From contig NZ_JBFAYI010000006.1 of the NCBI RefSeq assembly GCF_040681245.1, positions 19,198 through 51,197 of the forward strand: a DNA stretch of 32,000 nucleotides, given 5' to 3'. The stretch's first letter is position 1. The number at the start of each line of letters is the position of its first letter. This DNA comes from Lentzea sp. NPDC051838. GTDB lineage: Bacteria; Actinomycetota; Actinomycetes; Mycobacteriales; Pseudonocardiaceae. Position numbers and translations under genes: made by a program. This document shows, piece by piece, positions 22,564-32,000 of this stretch. Under the pieces are notes generated by a model that was not told the DNA's origin, made no database searches, and worked only from the letters and a program-made list of their open reading frames with translations.

Positions 22564-23766
22564 TCAGCCGATCGTCACCACCCGAGCCCAGTCGGGTGGC
22601 AGGCGTGGGCGGTAGTCGGGGTCGTACTCGCGCACCCGACGCTCCCGCTCGAACAACCCCACCACCGTCCGACAGGCGGGTTTCGCGTCGGGCCACGGCG
22701 TGTGGCCGTCGGTCAGAGCGACGACCACATCGGGGCGTGTGCGCAGCGCACGAGTGAAGCCCTCGCGCAGATCCGTGCCACCACCACCGATCAACGGGAT
22801 CCCTTCCGCAGCACACAACGGCCCGGTGATGTGGGCGGCGGCATCGCAGGACATGACCGAGACGAGGTCACGCCGTCCACCCACCGCCCGGACGATCGCG
22901 GCGATCTCCAGAAGCGCGCTCCCGAGTTCGGTGTCGCTCACCGAACCGGACGTGTCGACGATTACGACGACCCGCGGCGGACGGCGGCGCAGGCTCGGGA
23001 GCACGACTCCGGGCACGCTGGCTGACCGGCGTGCGGGGCGGCCGTAGGTGTAGTCCTCCCCCACTCCGGGGCCGGACACCGCTGAACGCACGGCCGCGCC
23101 CAGCAGGTCGCGCCACGGCTGCGGCGGGTGGAACGCCTCCTCCGCCCACCGCTGCCAGCCGGCAGGAACTGAGCCCGGCGAAGCGTTGATGCCTTGTGCC
23201 ACGCGGAATCTGACGGCGTCGCGCTCCTGGACGCTGAGCCCGTGCGCGCCATCGGGTCCCAGGTCCCATGCCCGGTCCAGGCCGTCCGCGCCGCTGCCGC
23301 AGTCGAGCCACGCGAACGCGTTGGTCAGCCGCCCGAGCCGGAACTGGCGCAGGTAGTCCTCCATCAGCTCCCCCGGAGACAACCGCAACGTCTCCGGCTG
23401 GACCGCGCCCTCGGCGCATTCCAGGCCGTCGCCGAACACGTCGTCGTTGATCTCGCAGTCCGCGGCGATGTTCATCCGCAACCGCTCTCCCGGCCCGGCC
23501 AGTTCGTTAGCGATCGCGTATCGGTCGCCGCGCCCGTGGTGGTCGCGGAGCAGGTGCGAGACCTCGTGCACCCACACGCCGGCCAGCTCCTCCAACGGCG
23601 TCCGGGAGACGAACGCCGGTGAGACGTAGCAGCGCCAGTGACGGTCCACGGCCATCGTCGGCACCTGCCGCGACTCCACTACGTGCAGGGCGAACAAAGC
23701 CGTTGCCAGGTAAGGACGGCACCGGACCGCGTACAACCGCGCGGCGAACAGCTTCTCGGTGTCCAT
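22564..23766 (-). CDS. Putative metallopeptidase (zincin-like) plus von Willebrand factor A-like protein (DUF2201-type)
   Basis: HExxH in VWVHEVSHLLRDHHGR; MIDAS residues VVIVDTSGSVSD, GGGGTDLREGF and LTDGH intact. Stop/start overlap TGATG with the MoxR gene. Confidence 0.88.
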   Translation of the reverse strand: MDTEKLFAARLYAVRCRPYLATALFALHVVESRQVPTMAVDRHWRCYVSPAFVSRTPLEELAGVWVHEVSHLLRDHHGRGDRYAIANELAGPGERLRMNIAADCEINDDVFGDGLECAEGAVQPETLRLSPGELMEDYLRQFRLGRLTNAFAWLDCGSGADGLDRAWDLGPDGAHGLSVQERDAVRFRVAQGINASPGSVPAGWQRWAEEAFHPPQPWRDLLGAAVRSAVSGPGVGEDYTYGRPARRSASVPGVVLPSLRRRPPRVVVIVDTSGSVSDTELGSALLEIAAIVRAVGGRRDLVSVMSCDAAAHITGPLCAAEGIPLIGGGGTDLREGFTRALRTRPDVVVALTDGHTPWPDAKPACRTVVGLFERERRVREYDPDYRPRLPPDWARVVTIG

Positions 23767-24935
23767 CAGCGCGCACCCACGAGGTCGGCTCGGGCCGACA
23801 ACGACACCGCCCCGGCCAGCTTCTCGATCTCCGCCGGAACCTGCCAGTCGTCCTGCCGCAGCGATGCCAACGTGGCCGCGGGCACGACCACCAGGTCAGG
23901 TGCCCCGGTTTCCAGTGCCAGCACCAAAAGCGCCCACGCCGCGTTCCAGCGGGACTCCTCCGGACGCTTGCGCACCGCCGCGACCACACCGTCGAGCACC
24001 ACCTGACGCAGATCGCCGCGCTCGGGCAGAACCGCAGACGCCGGATCTGCCAACAACGTCTCGGGGTCGGGCAGGTCCATCCGGTCCAGGCTCGCGAGGA
24101 GCTCCAGACCGGGGCCGTCCCCCACCGCGCCCCGCACCAGCGTCGACAGCACCTCGCGAGAAGTGCTTGCGGCGGTGGCGAAAGCGATCAGCCGCAACGC
24201 CATCTCCCAGCTGCGAGGCGATGGCCACGCTCCGCCACGGCGTGCTTCGTTCTTCGGGAGCTGATGCACGAGGTTCGGCCGCACCGCGAGAAGTTCGCAC
24301 ACGGCCCGCCGAGCGAAGGCGACCGACTCGGTCAGTCGCGAGGAATCCAGCTGTGGCAACGATGCCTGAGGCCACGTGCCACCCAGGCCTCGCACCACGA
24401 CGTCGTGGTCGTACGTCCACTGCAGATGGACGAACCTGTTGGCCAGCGGCGGACTCAGCTCCCAGCCGTCGGCGGCGGACGATCGCGGGTTCGCGGCGGC
24501 CACGATCCGGATGCCAGGAGGAAGCTTCAACGCGCCGACCCGGCGTTCGAGCACAACCCGCAACAACGCGGCCTGGACTGCAGGAGGGGCAGTGGACAAC
24601 TCGTCCAGGAACAGGAGCCCGTGGCCATCACGGACCAGCCGCACCGCCCAGTCCGGCGGCGCCATCGGCACGCCCTGAGTGGCGGGATCGTCGCCCACCA
24701 CGGGCAGGCCGGAGAAGTCGGACGGCTCGTGCACGCTGGCGATCACCGTCGTCAACGGGAGTCCGAGCTCGTCGGCGAGCTGGGTGAGGGCCGCGGTCTT
24801 GCCGATTCCCGGCTCGCCCCACAGCAGTACGGGCAGGTCGGCCGAGACCGCGAGCATCAACGCCTCCAGCTGGAGGTCGGTGCGTGGCTCGGTGGTCGTG
24901 TCGTTCAGGAGTGCGAGCAGAGCAGCAGCAGTCAT
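23766..24935 (-). CDS. MoxR-type AAA+ ATPase
   Basis: ATG at 24935 (MTAAALLALLNDTTTEPRTD...); Walker A LWGEPGIGKTAA, Walker B HGLLFLDELSTA, sensor-1 IVAAANP. The track ORF extends the start into the upstream gene. Confidence 0.9.
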   Translation of the reverse strand: MTAAALLALLNDTTTEPRTDLQLEALMLAVSADLPVLLWGEPGIGKTAALTQLADELGLPLTTVIASVHEPSDFSGLPVVGDDPATQGVPMAPPDWAVRLVRDGHGLLFLDELSTAPPAVQAALLRVVLERRVGALKLPPGIRIVAAANPRSSAADGWELSPPLANRFVHLQWTYDHDVVVRGLGGTWPQASLPQLDSSRLTESVAFARRAVCELLAVRPNLVHQLPKNEARRGGAWPSPRSWEMALRLIAFATAASTSREVLSTLVRGAVGDGPGLELLASLDRMDLPDPETLLADPASAVLPERGDLRQVVLDGVVAAVRKRPEESRWNAAWALLVLALETGAPDLVVVPAATLASLRQDDWQVPAEIEKLAGAVSLSARADLVGAR

Positions 24936-24949
24936 GATCACCTTCGAGG

Positions 24950-26062
24950 TCAGCAGAAAGCGGCGAGACCGGCGCGGTAGAGGCCGTGCAGCACCTTGCG
25001 GCGCGCGGCCGTCTCCAGTTCGTCGCGCAGTTCGCCGTCGCGCAGGAGCGCGTCGGGTCCGAGGAGGTCTTCGACCACGGCGAGAGCACCGGCGGTGTCG
25101 CCGTGGTCCAGGCGGGCGCGCACGTCCACGAGGCTGGCCGGATGCCGGTGTGCCGCGTCGATCGCTTGCAGGCACGGCACACCGTTGCCTCCCAACGCGA
25201 CCAGCAGCTCTTCGCGGCGGATCTCATCAGGCGAGTGGTCCAACGGCACGAGCACGCCGTCCACGACGCCGATGCGGTGCGTGGAGCCACGGCACTGGAC
25301 GAGACGTGAATCCCTTGGCGTGCCAGGACTTCGTGCCACAGCGGACGTGCCGAGAAGCGCGGACGCGACCAGCGGGTGCAACCGATCGGCGTCGATCAGC
25401 CCGGCGCGCAACAGTTCCACGTCGGGAGGCACCCAGATCGAGGCGTCGGGCAGCTGGAACGGCTTGCCCGGAGCGTCCGGGTTCAGCACGATTCGACGCC
25501 GGTGACCCAGCCGCACGACGACGGGTCTGTCCGCACCGCCCAGCAACGCGGCCTCGCCCTGCCACCGCTCGGGCGGGTCGCCGCACGACCGTTCTCGCAG
25601 CTCAGAGGCCCTACGTGCGTCCCAGAGGTGGCGGTGCTGGTCGAGGCGGAAACGCCGATCGGGCCGAGGCGAGTCCAGCAACGCGAGGCTGATCCGTTGG
25701 CCGGCGCTCGCCCACGCCGGCGGCGTCCGCGCGACCAGGTGCAGCTCGCCGTAACGAGCCAGGGAAACGGTGAGCCCCGGCCGCAGCAGACCGTCGGGAC
25801 TGATTCGAGGAAAGTGCCATCGCAGCAGGTCAGGAGCCAGGTGACGCAGATCAGCGCGGATGGTGGACGCGACGTGGCTGCCGTGAACACGGCTCACAGC
25901 ACGAAGGTTCAGATCCACGTCGACCCGCGCGGCAGCACAGGCAGCCGACCAGTCACCCGCAAGGCGGCGGGCGGTCGCGGACTCGATCATCGATGCCGGC
26001 ACGGCGAACTCGCGCACGTGCGACCAGAAAGCGAGGCGGGAGTCGTTCGCGGTCAAGTGCAT
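24950..26062 (-). CDS. Conserved-looking protein of unknown function, third member of the MoxR/vWA module
   Basis: 370 aa from ATG at 26062 with AAGGTGAG upstream; ends 14 bp before the MoxR ATG. No recognised domain. Confidence 0.75.
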   Translation of the reverse strand: MHLTANDSRLAFWSHVREFAVPASMIESATARRLAGDWSAACAAARVDVDLNLRAVSRVHGSHVASTIRADLRHLAPDLLRWHFPRISPDGLLRPGLTVSLARYGELHLVARTPPAWASAGQRISLALLDSPRPDRRFRLDQHRHLWDARRASELRERSCGDPPERWQGEAALLGGADRPVVVRLGHRRRIVLNPDAPGKPFQLPDASIWVPPDVELLRAGLIDADRLHPLVASALLGTSAVARSPGTPRDSRLVQCRGSTHRIGVVDGVLVPLDHSPDEIRREELLVALGGNGVPCLQAIDAAHRHPASLVDVRARLDHGDTAGALAVVEDLLGPDALLRDGELRDELETAARRKVLHGLYRAGLAAFC

Positions 26063-26148
26063 CAGCACTCACCTTGAGCGAACGAAACCCCCGATCTGTT
26101 CGAGGTGGTGATCATCGCCGCAACCGTAGCAGGGCGCGCAAGGGACTT

Positions 26149-26928
26149 TCACCGGTCCGAGTCCACCGGGATGCCCTCAAGCTCCTCCGTGACGCTCGTG
26201 AACGCCTCCGGCTGCACCCGCAACACCCCGCTGAACGGATGCGTCATGCCAAGGCACAACGCACACACGAACGCGAGCACCGCAGCGGTGACGGACATCT
26301 GCACGACGTGCCGCGCCCGAGCCGTGAACCCGATGAGCAACGGGAACACGATCATGCCGATGGCACCGACGATGGTGCCGATGAGCATGAACTTCCCGGT
26401 GTTGTCGAGCCCGCCGGCCTGGTCCAGCCGGTCACGCCGCAGGTCCGTGATCTCCCGGATCCGCTCCAGCACCCGCTCCCGCGCGCTCTTCACCTGGTCC
26501 GGAGTGGACGGCAGCGTCAGCACCTCGGTGTGCAGCGAGTTCAACGTCGACGTGGTGCTGTCGTCGGCCGAACCGTCGGCCAGCGCGGGCCATTCCTTGT
26601 CCGCCACCAGTTTCGGGTACTCGACCAGCAGCGAGCGGATGCGATCACGTTGCGGTTGCGGCATCACACCGGTCTGCCAGTACGCATCTGCGATGGCGGC
26701 GGCCTCACGGGCCGCGTTGTCCTCGGCAGCGCCGTTCTCCTCCCACACGATCACCATGTAGAACGCCAGCGCCACGATGAACAGGCCGGAGACCACCGCG
26801 CCCAGGAATCCGCGGGAGTCGGCGTCGCGGTCGTCTGCCTGTTCGTGTGCGCGGGAGCGGCCGAACAGGAGACAGGCGGCGATGGTCACGACCACCGACG
26901 CGACGACGATGACGAGCGCGGTCCACAT
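26149..26928 (-). CDS. DUF4239-like membrane protein
   Basis: N-terminal TM, soluble segment, then paired C-terminal TMs (FMLIGTIVGAIGMIVFPLLIGF, VVQMSVTAAVLAFVCALCLGMTHPFSGVLRVQPEAF). Start could be 26928 or 26937. Confidence 0.75.
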   Translation of the reverse strand: MWTALVIVVASVVVTIAACLLFGRSRAHEQADDRDADSRGFLGAVVSGLFIVALAFYMVIVWEENGAAEDNAAREAAAIADAYWQTGVMPQPQRDRIRSLLVEYPKLVADKEWPALADGSADDSTTSTLNSLHTEVLTLPSTPDQVKSARERVLERIREITDLRRDRLDQAGGLDNTGKFMLIGTIVGAIGMIVFPLLIGFTARARHVVQMSVTAAVLAFVCALCLGMTHPFSGVLRVQPEAFTSVTEELEGIPVDSDR

Positions 26929-27195
26929 GGCCTCCATCTCCCCACACCCCACCGCCGTTTGACCACCAACACCACGCTTCTCGGCGGTCTTCCCCGCCCA
27001 TCAAGAGCAATGCGGCGTTGATCAAGCACACAGCAAGTCCACATCGGATGACACACGCAGAAGCCGTTGACACGAATAGGAGAACCGAACCACGAGCGTC
27101 CTCGACGGAGAGTGAGCACGCCGTGATCAACCGCCGGTGACAACGACCGGAATGCGTGCCAACCTGTGCGCCGAAGCCGACCGGGAAGGCGTCGC

Positions 27196-29250
27196 ATGCG
27201 CGTACCGATCCTCATCGCCGTCGTCCTGCTGGTTCCGCTGCTCACCCCCGGCCCACCGGTGGCCGCCGCCGAGGTGTGGCACACCCAGTTCAACGACGCG
27301 GTGCGCGGAGACGTCGCGGTCGTCGGCAACAGCGTCGTCACCTGTCCGACGCCCGAACAGGCGGGGCCAAACCCCAAGTACCCACCGCAGTCCTGTGTGG
27401 ACGCGATGAACCGCAAGGGTCACGGCCCGTCCGCGCAGAACAACGGCCATCGCATGTCGTGGACCGACAACGACAACGACGCCAGAACGTTCAACTCGTC
27501 CAGCGCACAGCTCACTCTCCCATCCGGGGCGAGCATCGCCTACGCCAAGCTCGGCTGGGCGGGCACCGCGACCTGCCACGGCTCCACGGAACTGCCACCG
27601 GGCAGCCCACGCGACCCGGTCCTGCTCAACGGCACGAGCATTACCCCAGGCCAGTTCGTCATCGACTCCCCCGACGACCTCGCGAACACCGACAACGCCT
27701 TCTACAGCGCCGAAGCCGACGTCACGAAAACGATCAGGCCCGGCACTGTCACGGTCGGCAACGTCTGGACGCCCCAAGGGTTCGACTGCTTCGGCGGCTG
27801 GTCCCTGACCGTCGTGTGGAAGTCCGAAACAGCAGCACAGCGCCACATCTCGGTGCACGGCGGGCACATCCGCCTCCCCACCAAACGCCCGGTCCTGAGC
27901 ACCCCGATCGCCCCGACGCACGCAGCGGGCGGCGCGACCCGCCTGAGCTTCACGGCCTACGAGGGCGACTGGGCCACCGACGGCGACCAGCTGCTGGTCA
28001 ACGACTCCTCGGTCGCGGGCCGCAACGCATTCCTCTCGCAGGCCCAAGGCGCTCCCGCCCTCAACAACATGAGCGTCGACGCCCGCACGGTCACCCTGAC
28101 CGAAGACCTGCCCAAACCGGGCACGAAGAGCGCCGACCTGACGTTCCGCAGAGCCGAGGACGCCTTCCTCGTCCAAAGTGTCGCGTGGTCGTTCCCACTG
28201 CCCGAACTGGCGCTCAACGTCACGCCGGAACAACCAGCCGCTCATCCCAAGGACAACGTCACGCAAACCGCGACCGTCACCAACACCGGCGACGCTCCCG
28301 CGGCGGACGTGACGGTGTGCGGGCAGAAAATCGGCACAATTGCCCCACACGCCAAATCCACCCGCACGTGCACGTCGCAAGCTCAAGAAGACGACTACCA
28401 GACCACTGTCACCGCAAACGGCAGCAGCCTCGCCGGCGACCCGCTAACCGCGCAGAAGTCGGCAAAGGTCGACGTACTGCATCCGGCATTGCGCGCAACC
28501 ACGACAACCGAACCAATGACCGCATTGCCGGGACAGATGGTCAAATTCTCAACAACTGTCACGAACACCGGCGACACCCCGTTGTTCGACCTCAACGCGC
28601 GCACGGCCACCAACGGCTGCAACCCCATGCAAGGTCAGCTCGACCCCGGCGCCACCACCACCGTCGACTGCACGGCGAAAGCAGGCGATGAGACGGGCAC
28701 GCTCACGTCCACCGTCAGCGCCACCGACAAGATCGGCAAGAAGGTCGACGCCAGCGCATCGGTGCAGGTCAGGGTGATCTACCCGAGGCTGACGATCACC
28801 GCGCTGTGGTCGAAGGACAGGGCAGAGGACGGCGAGCTCGTCACGGTCACGGTGACCGTCGGCAACCCGTCGGACTTCCCGATCAAGGACGTGAAAGTCG
28901 AAGGCGAGCCCGCCGCGTGCCACCGCACGTTCCCGGAACTGCAGCCGAACCAACGCCTCACCTACACCTGCCAGGTCGCCGCGCCGGTTAATTCTCGGTT
29001 GACGGTGTCGGGCGCCGGAGCGGGTGCGGCCATCAGTGAAAGTGCCGTCGTGCGGATCGAATCGCTAAACGCGCCACTGCCTCCCGAGCCGCGACAGCCA
29101 CAGCCGCAACCTGACGAACCGGCACCTCCACGGCCGGTCGCGCACGTTCAGCAGCTGTCGAAACCGGCCGTCGGTGGTGTGGCCGCGGTAATCGGCGTGA
29201 TCGGCATGGTGATCGTCGCGAGCGCGTTTTCCGGCCTGGGAAAGCGGTAA
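27196..29250 (+). CDS. Secreted, membrane-anchored surface protein with DUF11/CARDB-like repeats
   Basis: ATG at 27196 with GGAAGG upstream; signal peptide MRVPILIAVVLLVPLLTPGPPVAAAE; repeats such as VTQTATVTNTGDAPAADVTVC and VKFSTTVTNTGDTPLFDL; Pro-rich linker then C-terminal TM VGGVAAVIGVIGMVIVASAF. Confidence 0.82.
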   Translation: MRVPILIAVVLLVPLLTPGPPVAAAEVWHTQFNDAVRGDVAVVGNSVVTCPTPEQAGPNPKYPPQSCVDAMNRKGHGPSAQNNGHRMSWTDNDNDARTFNSSSAQLTLPSGASIAYAKLGWAGTATCHGSTELPPGSPRDPVLLNGTSITPGQFVIDSPDDLANTDNAFYSAEADVTKTIRPGTVTVGNVWTPQGFDCFGGWSLTVVWKSETAAQRHISVHGGHIRLPTKRPVLSTPIAPTHAAGGATRLSFTAYEGDWATDGDQLLVNDSSVAGRNAFLSQAQGAPALNNMSVDARTVTLTEDLPKPGTKSADLTFRRAEDAFLVQSVAWSFPLPELALNVTPEQPAAHPKDNVTQTATVTNTGDAPAADVTVCGQKIGTIAPHAKSTRTCTSQAQEDDYQTTVTANGSSLAGDPLTAQKSAKVDVLHPALRATTTTEPMTALPGQMVKFSTTVTNTGDTPLFDLNARTATNGCNPMQGQLDPGATTTVDCTAKAGDETGTLTSTVSATDKIGKKVDASASVQVRVIYPRLTITALWSKDRAEDGELVTVTVTVGNPSDFPIKDVKVEGEPAACHRTFPELQPNQRLTYTCQVAAPVNSRLTVSGAGAGAAISESAVVRIESLNAPLPPEPRQPQPQPDEPAPPRPVAHVQQLSKPAVGGVAAVIGVIGMVIVASAFSGLGKR

Positions 29251-29325
29251 AAGTCTGAAAACGTTTGCAATTCCAGAGTGAACACATCCGTGTTCCTGCG
29301 GCCCGCAATGCGGTAGAAGAGGCTC

Positions 29326-29880
29326 ATGGAGATCACCGCCTTCCTGGACCGCAAGCTGGCCCGCCGGTTCCGGACCTACGACTCCGACGGCGACGGGTTC
29401 ATCGGGCGGGACGACTTCACACAGGCGGGCGAGCGCACCACCAAGGCGTTCGGGCTGCCCGACGACGACCCGAAGGCGGTCCGGTTCCACGCCATGCTGG
29501 CCGGGCTGTGGGACCAGCTCCACTCGGTGACGGATCAGGACCACAACGGGCGGATCAGCCTGGAGGAGTACAAGAAGGCGTTCGCGAACGGGCTGCTGGA
29601 GACGCCGGAGTCGTTCGACGAGGGGTACGCGCCGTTCCTGGACGCGATCATGGCGATCGCGGACGAGGACGGCGACGGCAAGCTCACGATCGAGGAGCAC
29701 ATCGCGTGGACCGGCGCGCTGATGAACCTCTCGGAGGCCGACGCGCGCGGGATCCACGACCTGCTGTCGGACGAGGACGGGTTGCTGTCCACCAGGGCAC
29801 TGCTGGAGGCGATCCGCGAGTTCTACTTCTCGGAGGATCCCGCGGAGGCCGGCAACTGGCTGCTCGGCTCGCTGGACTGA
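29326..29880 (+). CDS. EF-hand calcium-binding protein (calerythrin-like)
   Basis: Three good EF loops: DSDGDGFIGRDDF, DQDHNGRISLEEY, DEDGDGKLTIEEH; a fourth appears degenerate. Confidence 0.92.
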   Translation: MEITAFLDRKLARRFRTYDSDGDGFIGRDDFTQAGERTTKAFGLPDDDPKAVRFHAMLAGLWDQLHSVTDQDHNGRISLEEYKKAFANGLLETPESFDEGYAPFLDAIMAIADEDGDGKLTIEEHIAWTGALMNLSEADARGIHDLLSDEDGLLSTRALLEAIREFYFSEDPAEAGNWLLGSLD

Positions 29881-29881
29881 C

Positions 29882-30598
29882 GTGCTGCTGAAGACGCTGC
29901 AGGAGTACGCGGCGCGCGCCCAGCCGGCGGCGCACGTCGAAGAAGCGGGTGGCTGGTGGCTGCGGCACTCCCCCGGCGACGCCTGGTGGGTGAGCGCGGT
30001 GTTACCCCACGATCGCGAGGACCGGGTCGAACGCGCCGAAGAGTTCTGCGCGGAGCACGGGTCCGGGGCGCGGTTCCAGATCACGCCGGGCGTGTGCGCG
30101 GACGACCTCGACGTGCGGCTCGACGGCCGCGGCTACGAGCGCGGTCACGACATGTCGTTGCAGATCGCCTCGACCGCGGAGGTCATCAGGCACGCCCGCG
30201 CGGACGCCGGAGAGGTGAGCACGCGGCCGACCGACGAGTGGCTGGCGGCGTGGCAGGCGGTGACCACACGCGATGTGAGCGCCGAACGCGACCTGCTCAG
30301 CCGGGTGGAGCACCCGAGCGCCTACGCGTACACCGAGGTGGACGGGCAGGTCGTGGCGGTGGGACGCGCGGTGGCCGAGCAGGGTTGGGCGGGCGTGTTC
30401 GGAATGGCGACGTTGCCGCACGCACGGGGTCAGGGCGCCGCACGGTCCGTGCTTGCCGCCTTAGCTTCATGGGCGGCCGCGCGCGAGGCCAACCACCTCT
30501 ACCTGCAGATGGAGAAGGCGAACACCGCGGCGTTCCGGCTGTACGAACGCACTGGGTTCCGCGAGGTCTGCACCTATCACTACCGGATCCGCGCGTAA
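29882..30598 (+). CDS. GNAT family N-acetyltransferase
   Basis: FGMATLPHARGQGAARSVLAALASWAAREANHLYLQMEKANTAAFRLYERTGFREVCTYHYR; GTG start 1 bp after the EF-hand gene stop. Confidence 0.88.
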   Translation: MLLKTLQEYAARAQPAAHVEEAGGWWLRHSPGDAWWVSAVLPHDREDRVERAEEFCAEHGSGARFQITPGVCADDLDVRLDGRGYERGHDMSLQIASTAEVIRHARADAGEVSTRPTDEWLAAWQAVTTRDVSAERDLLSRVEHPSAYAYTEVDGQVVAVGRAVAEQGWAGVFGMATLPHARGQGAARSVLAALASWAAAREANHLYLQMEKANTAAFRLYERTGFREVCTYHYRIRA

Positions 30599-30650
30599 CC
30601 AATCACGAATCGAGAAGCACGGGCCGCGTCGCGGAGTTAGGTTCTGCGGC

Positions 30651-32000
30651 ATGACGCATGAGGCCGACACCCACGATCTGATCCGCGTGCAGGGCGCGCG
30701 CGTGAACAACCTGAAAGACGTCGACGTCGAGATCCCGAAGCGCCGCCTGACGGTGTTCACCGGCGTCTCCGGCTCCGGCAAGAGCTCGCTGGTGTTCGGC
30801 ACGATCGCCGCCGAGTCACAGCGGCTGATCAACGAGACCTACAGCGCGTTCATCCAGGGCTTCATGCCGACGCTGCCGCGGCCCGAGGTGTACCTGCTGG
30901 AGGGCATCACCACGGCGATCCTGGTCGACCAGCAGCGGATGGGCGCCGACCCGCGCTCGACGGTCGGCACCGCGACTGACGTGAACGCGATGCTGCGGAT
31001 CCTGTTCAGCAGACTCGGCGCGCCGCACATCGGCGGCCCGCAGGCGTTCTCGTTCAACGTCGCCTCGATCTCCGGCGCGGGTGCCGTGGTGATCGAGAAG
31101 GCCGGGCAGAAGGTCAAGGAGCGGCGCGAGTTCTCCATCACCGGCGGCATGTGCCCGAAGTGCGAGGGCCGCGGGCAGGTCTCGGACATCGACATGACCG
31201 AGGTGTACGACGAGTCGAAGTCGATCCTCGAGGGCGCGATCAAGGTGCCCGGCTACAACGTCGACAACCAGTGGACCGTGCAGACGTTCGCGCAGTCCGG
31301 TTTCCTCGACCCGGCCAAGCCGATCCGCAAGTACACCAAGAAGGAACTGTTCGACTTCCTGTACAAGGACCCGGTCAAGATCAAGGTCAACGGCATCAAC
31401 CTGACCTACGAAGGCCTGATCCCCAAGCTGCAGAAGTCGATGCTGTCGAAGGACCGCGAGGCGCTGCAGCCGCACATCCGCGCGTTCGTGGACCGCGCGG
31501 CGACGTTCGGGACGTGTCCTGAGTGCGGCGGCACGCGGCTCACCGAGGCCGCCAGGTCGTCCAAGATCAAGGGTGTGTCGATCGCGGACCTGTGCGACAT
31601 GCAGATCAGCGATCTCGCCGACTGGATGCGCGGCCTGAAGGACAAGTCCGTCGCGCCGCTGGTCGACAAGCTCGTGCACACGCTGGACTCGTTCGTCGAG
31701 ATCGGTCTCGGTTACCTGTCGCTGAACCGTCCTGCCGGGACGTTGTCCGGTGGTGAGGCGCAGCGGGTGAAGATGATCCGGCACCTCGGCTCGGCGCTGA
31801 CCGACGTGACGTACGTGTTCGACGAGCCCACGATCGGGCTGCACCCGCACGACATCGAGCGCATGAACAACCTGCTGCTCCGCTTGCGGGACAAGGGGAA
31901 CACCGTGCTCGTGGTCGAGCACAAGCCGGAGACGATCGCGATCGCGGACCACATCGTCGACCTCGGGCCCGGCGCCGGGCGCAACGGCGGCACGATCTGC
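30651..32000 (+). CDS. UvrA-like ABC ATPase (UvrA2/DrrC-type), partial at window end
   Basis: Manual translation from ATG at 30651: [52 protein letters not shown]...; [41 protein letters not shown]. Confidence 0.88.
   Translation, partial: MTHEADTHDLIRVQGARVNNLKDVDVEIPKRRLTVFTGVSGSGKSSLVFGTIAAESQRLINETYSAFIQGFMPTLPRPEVYLLEGITTAILVDQQRMGADPRSTVGTATDVNAMLRILFSRLGAPHIGGPQAFSFNVASISGAGAVVIEKAGQKVKERREFSITGGMCPKCEGRGQVSDIDMTEVYDESKSILEGAIKVPGYNVDNQWTVQTFAQSGFLDPAKPIRKYTKKELFDFLYKDPVKIKVNGINLTYEGLIPKLQKSMLSKDREALQPHIRAFVDRAATFGTCPECGGTRLTEAARSSKIKGVSIADLCDMQISDLADWMRGLKDKSVAPLVDKLVHTLDSFVEIGLGYLSLNRPAGTLSGGEAQRVKMIRHLGSALTDVTYVFDEPTIGLHPHDIERMNNLLLRLRDKGNTVLVVEHKPETIAIADHIVDLGPGAGRNGGTIC

Noticed and set aside
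23619-24980. 453-aa plus-strand ORF opposite the MoxR gene
   Set aside because: Antisense frame with biased composition; the minus-strand frame carries clear AAA+ motifs.
27156-28691. 511-aa ORF overlapping the surface repeat protein
   Set aside because: Alternate frame rich in Arg/His/Pro; the 27196..29250 frame has a signal peptide, repeats and a TM anchor.

Overview
High-GC actinobacterial chromosomal window (Pseudonocardiales/Streptomycetes-like by gene content), mostly complete genes and no CRISPR array or prophage. Main content, left to right: HIT-like (partial), DUF2625 and SseB-like genes; a giant single-chain acyl-CoA carboxylase (BC-BCCP-central-CT order); an MFS exporter ORF with a suspicious 5' end; a Gmad2-like/LysM protein; an atypical tRNA-Tyr-like gene; a LAL-type LuxR regulator; a TspO operon beside a MerR/B12-binding regulator, with a shared 15-bp near-palindromic motif; ppm1-lnt; a solo TnpB (IS200/IS605-like) element abutting or fused to the 5' end of an adenylate-forming ligase; TetR; PspC and Smr-like small proteins; a co-directional accessory cluster (DUF4239 membrane protein, 372-aa unknown, MoxR ATPase, zincin+vWA protein, XRE/DUF5753-like, DUF397); a large secreted/membrane-anchored repeat protein; an EF-hand protein; GNAT; and a UvrA-like protein (partial). 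The best candidates for a less-described system are the 372-aa unknown/MoxR/zincin-vWA module and the atypical B12-type MerR regulon. All domain calls come from reading motifs, not from database searches.
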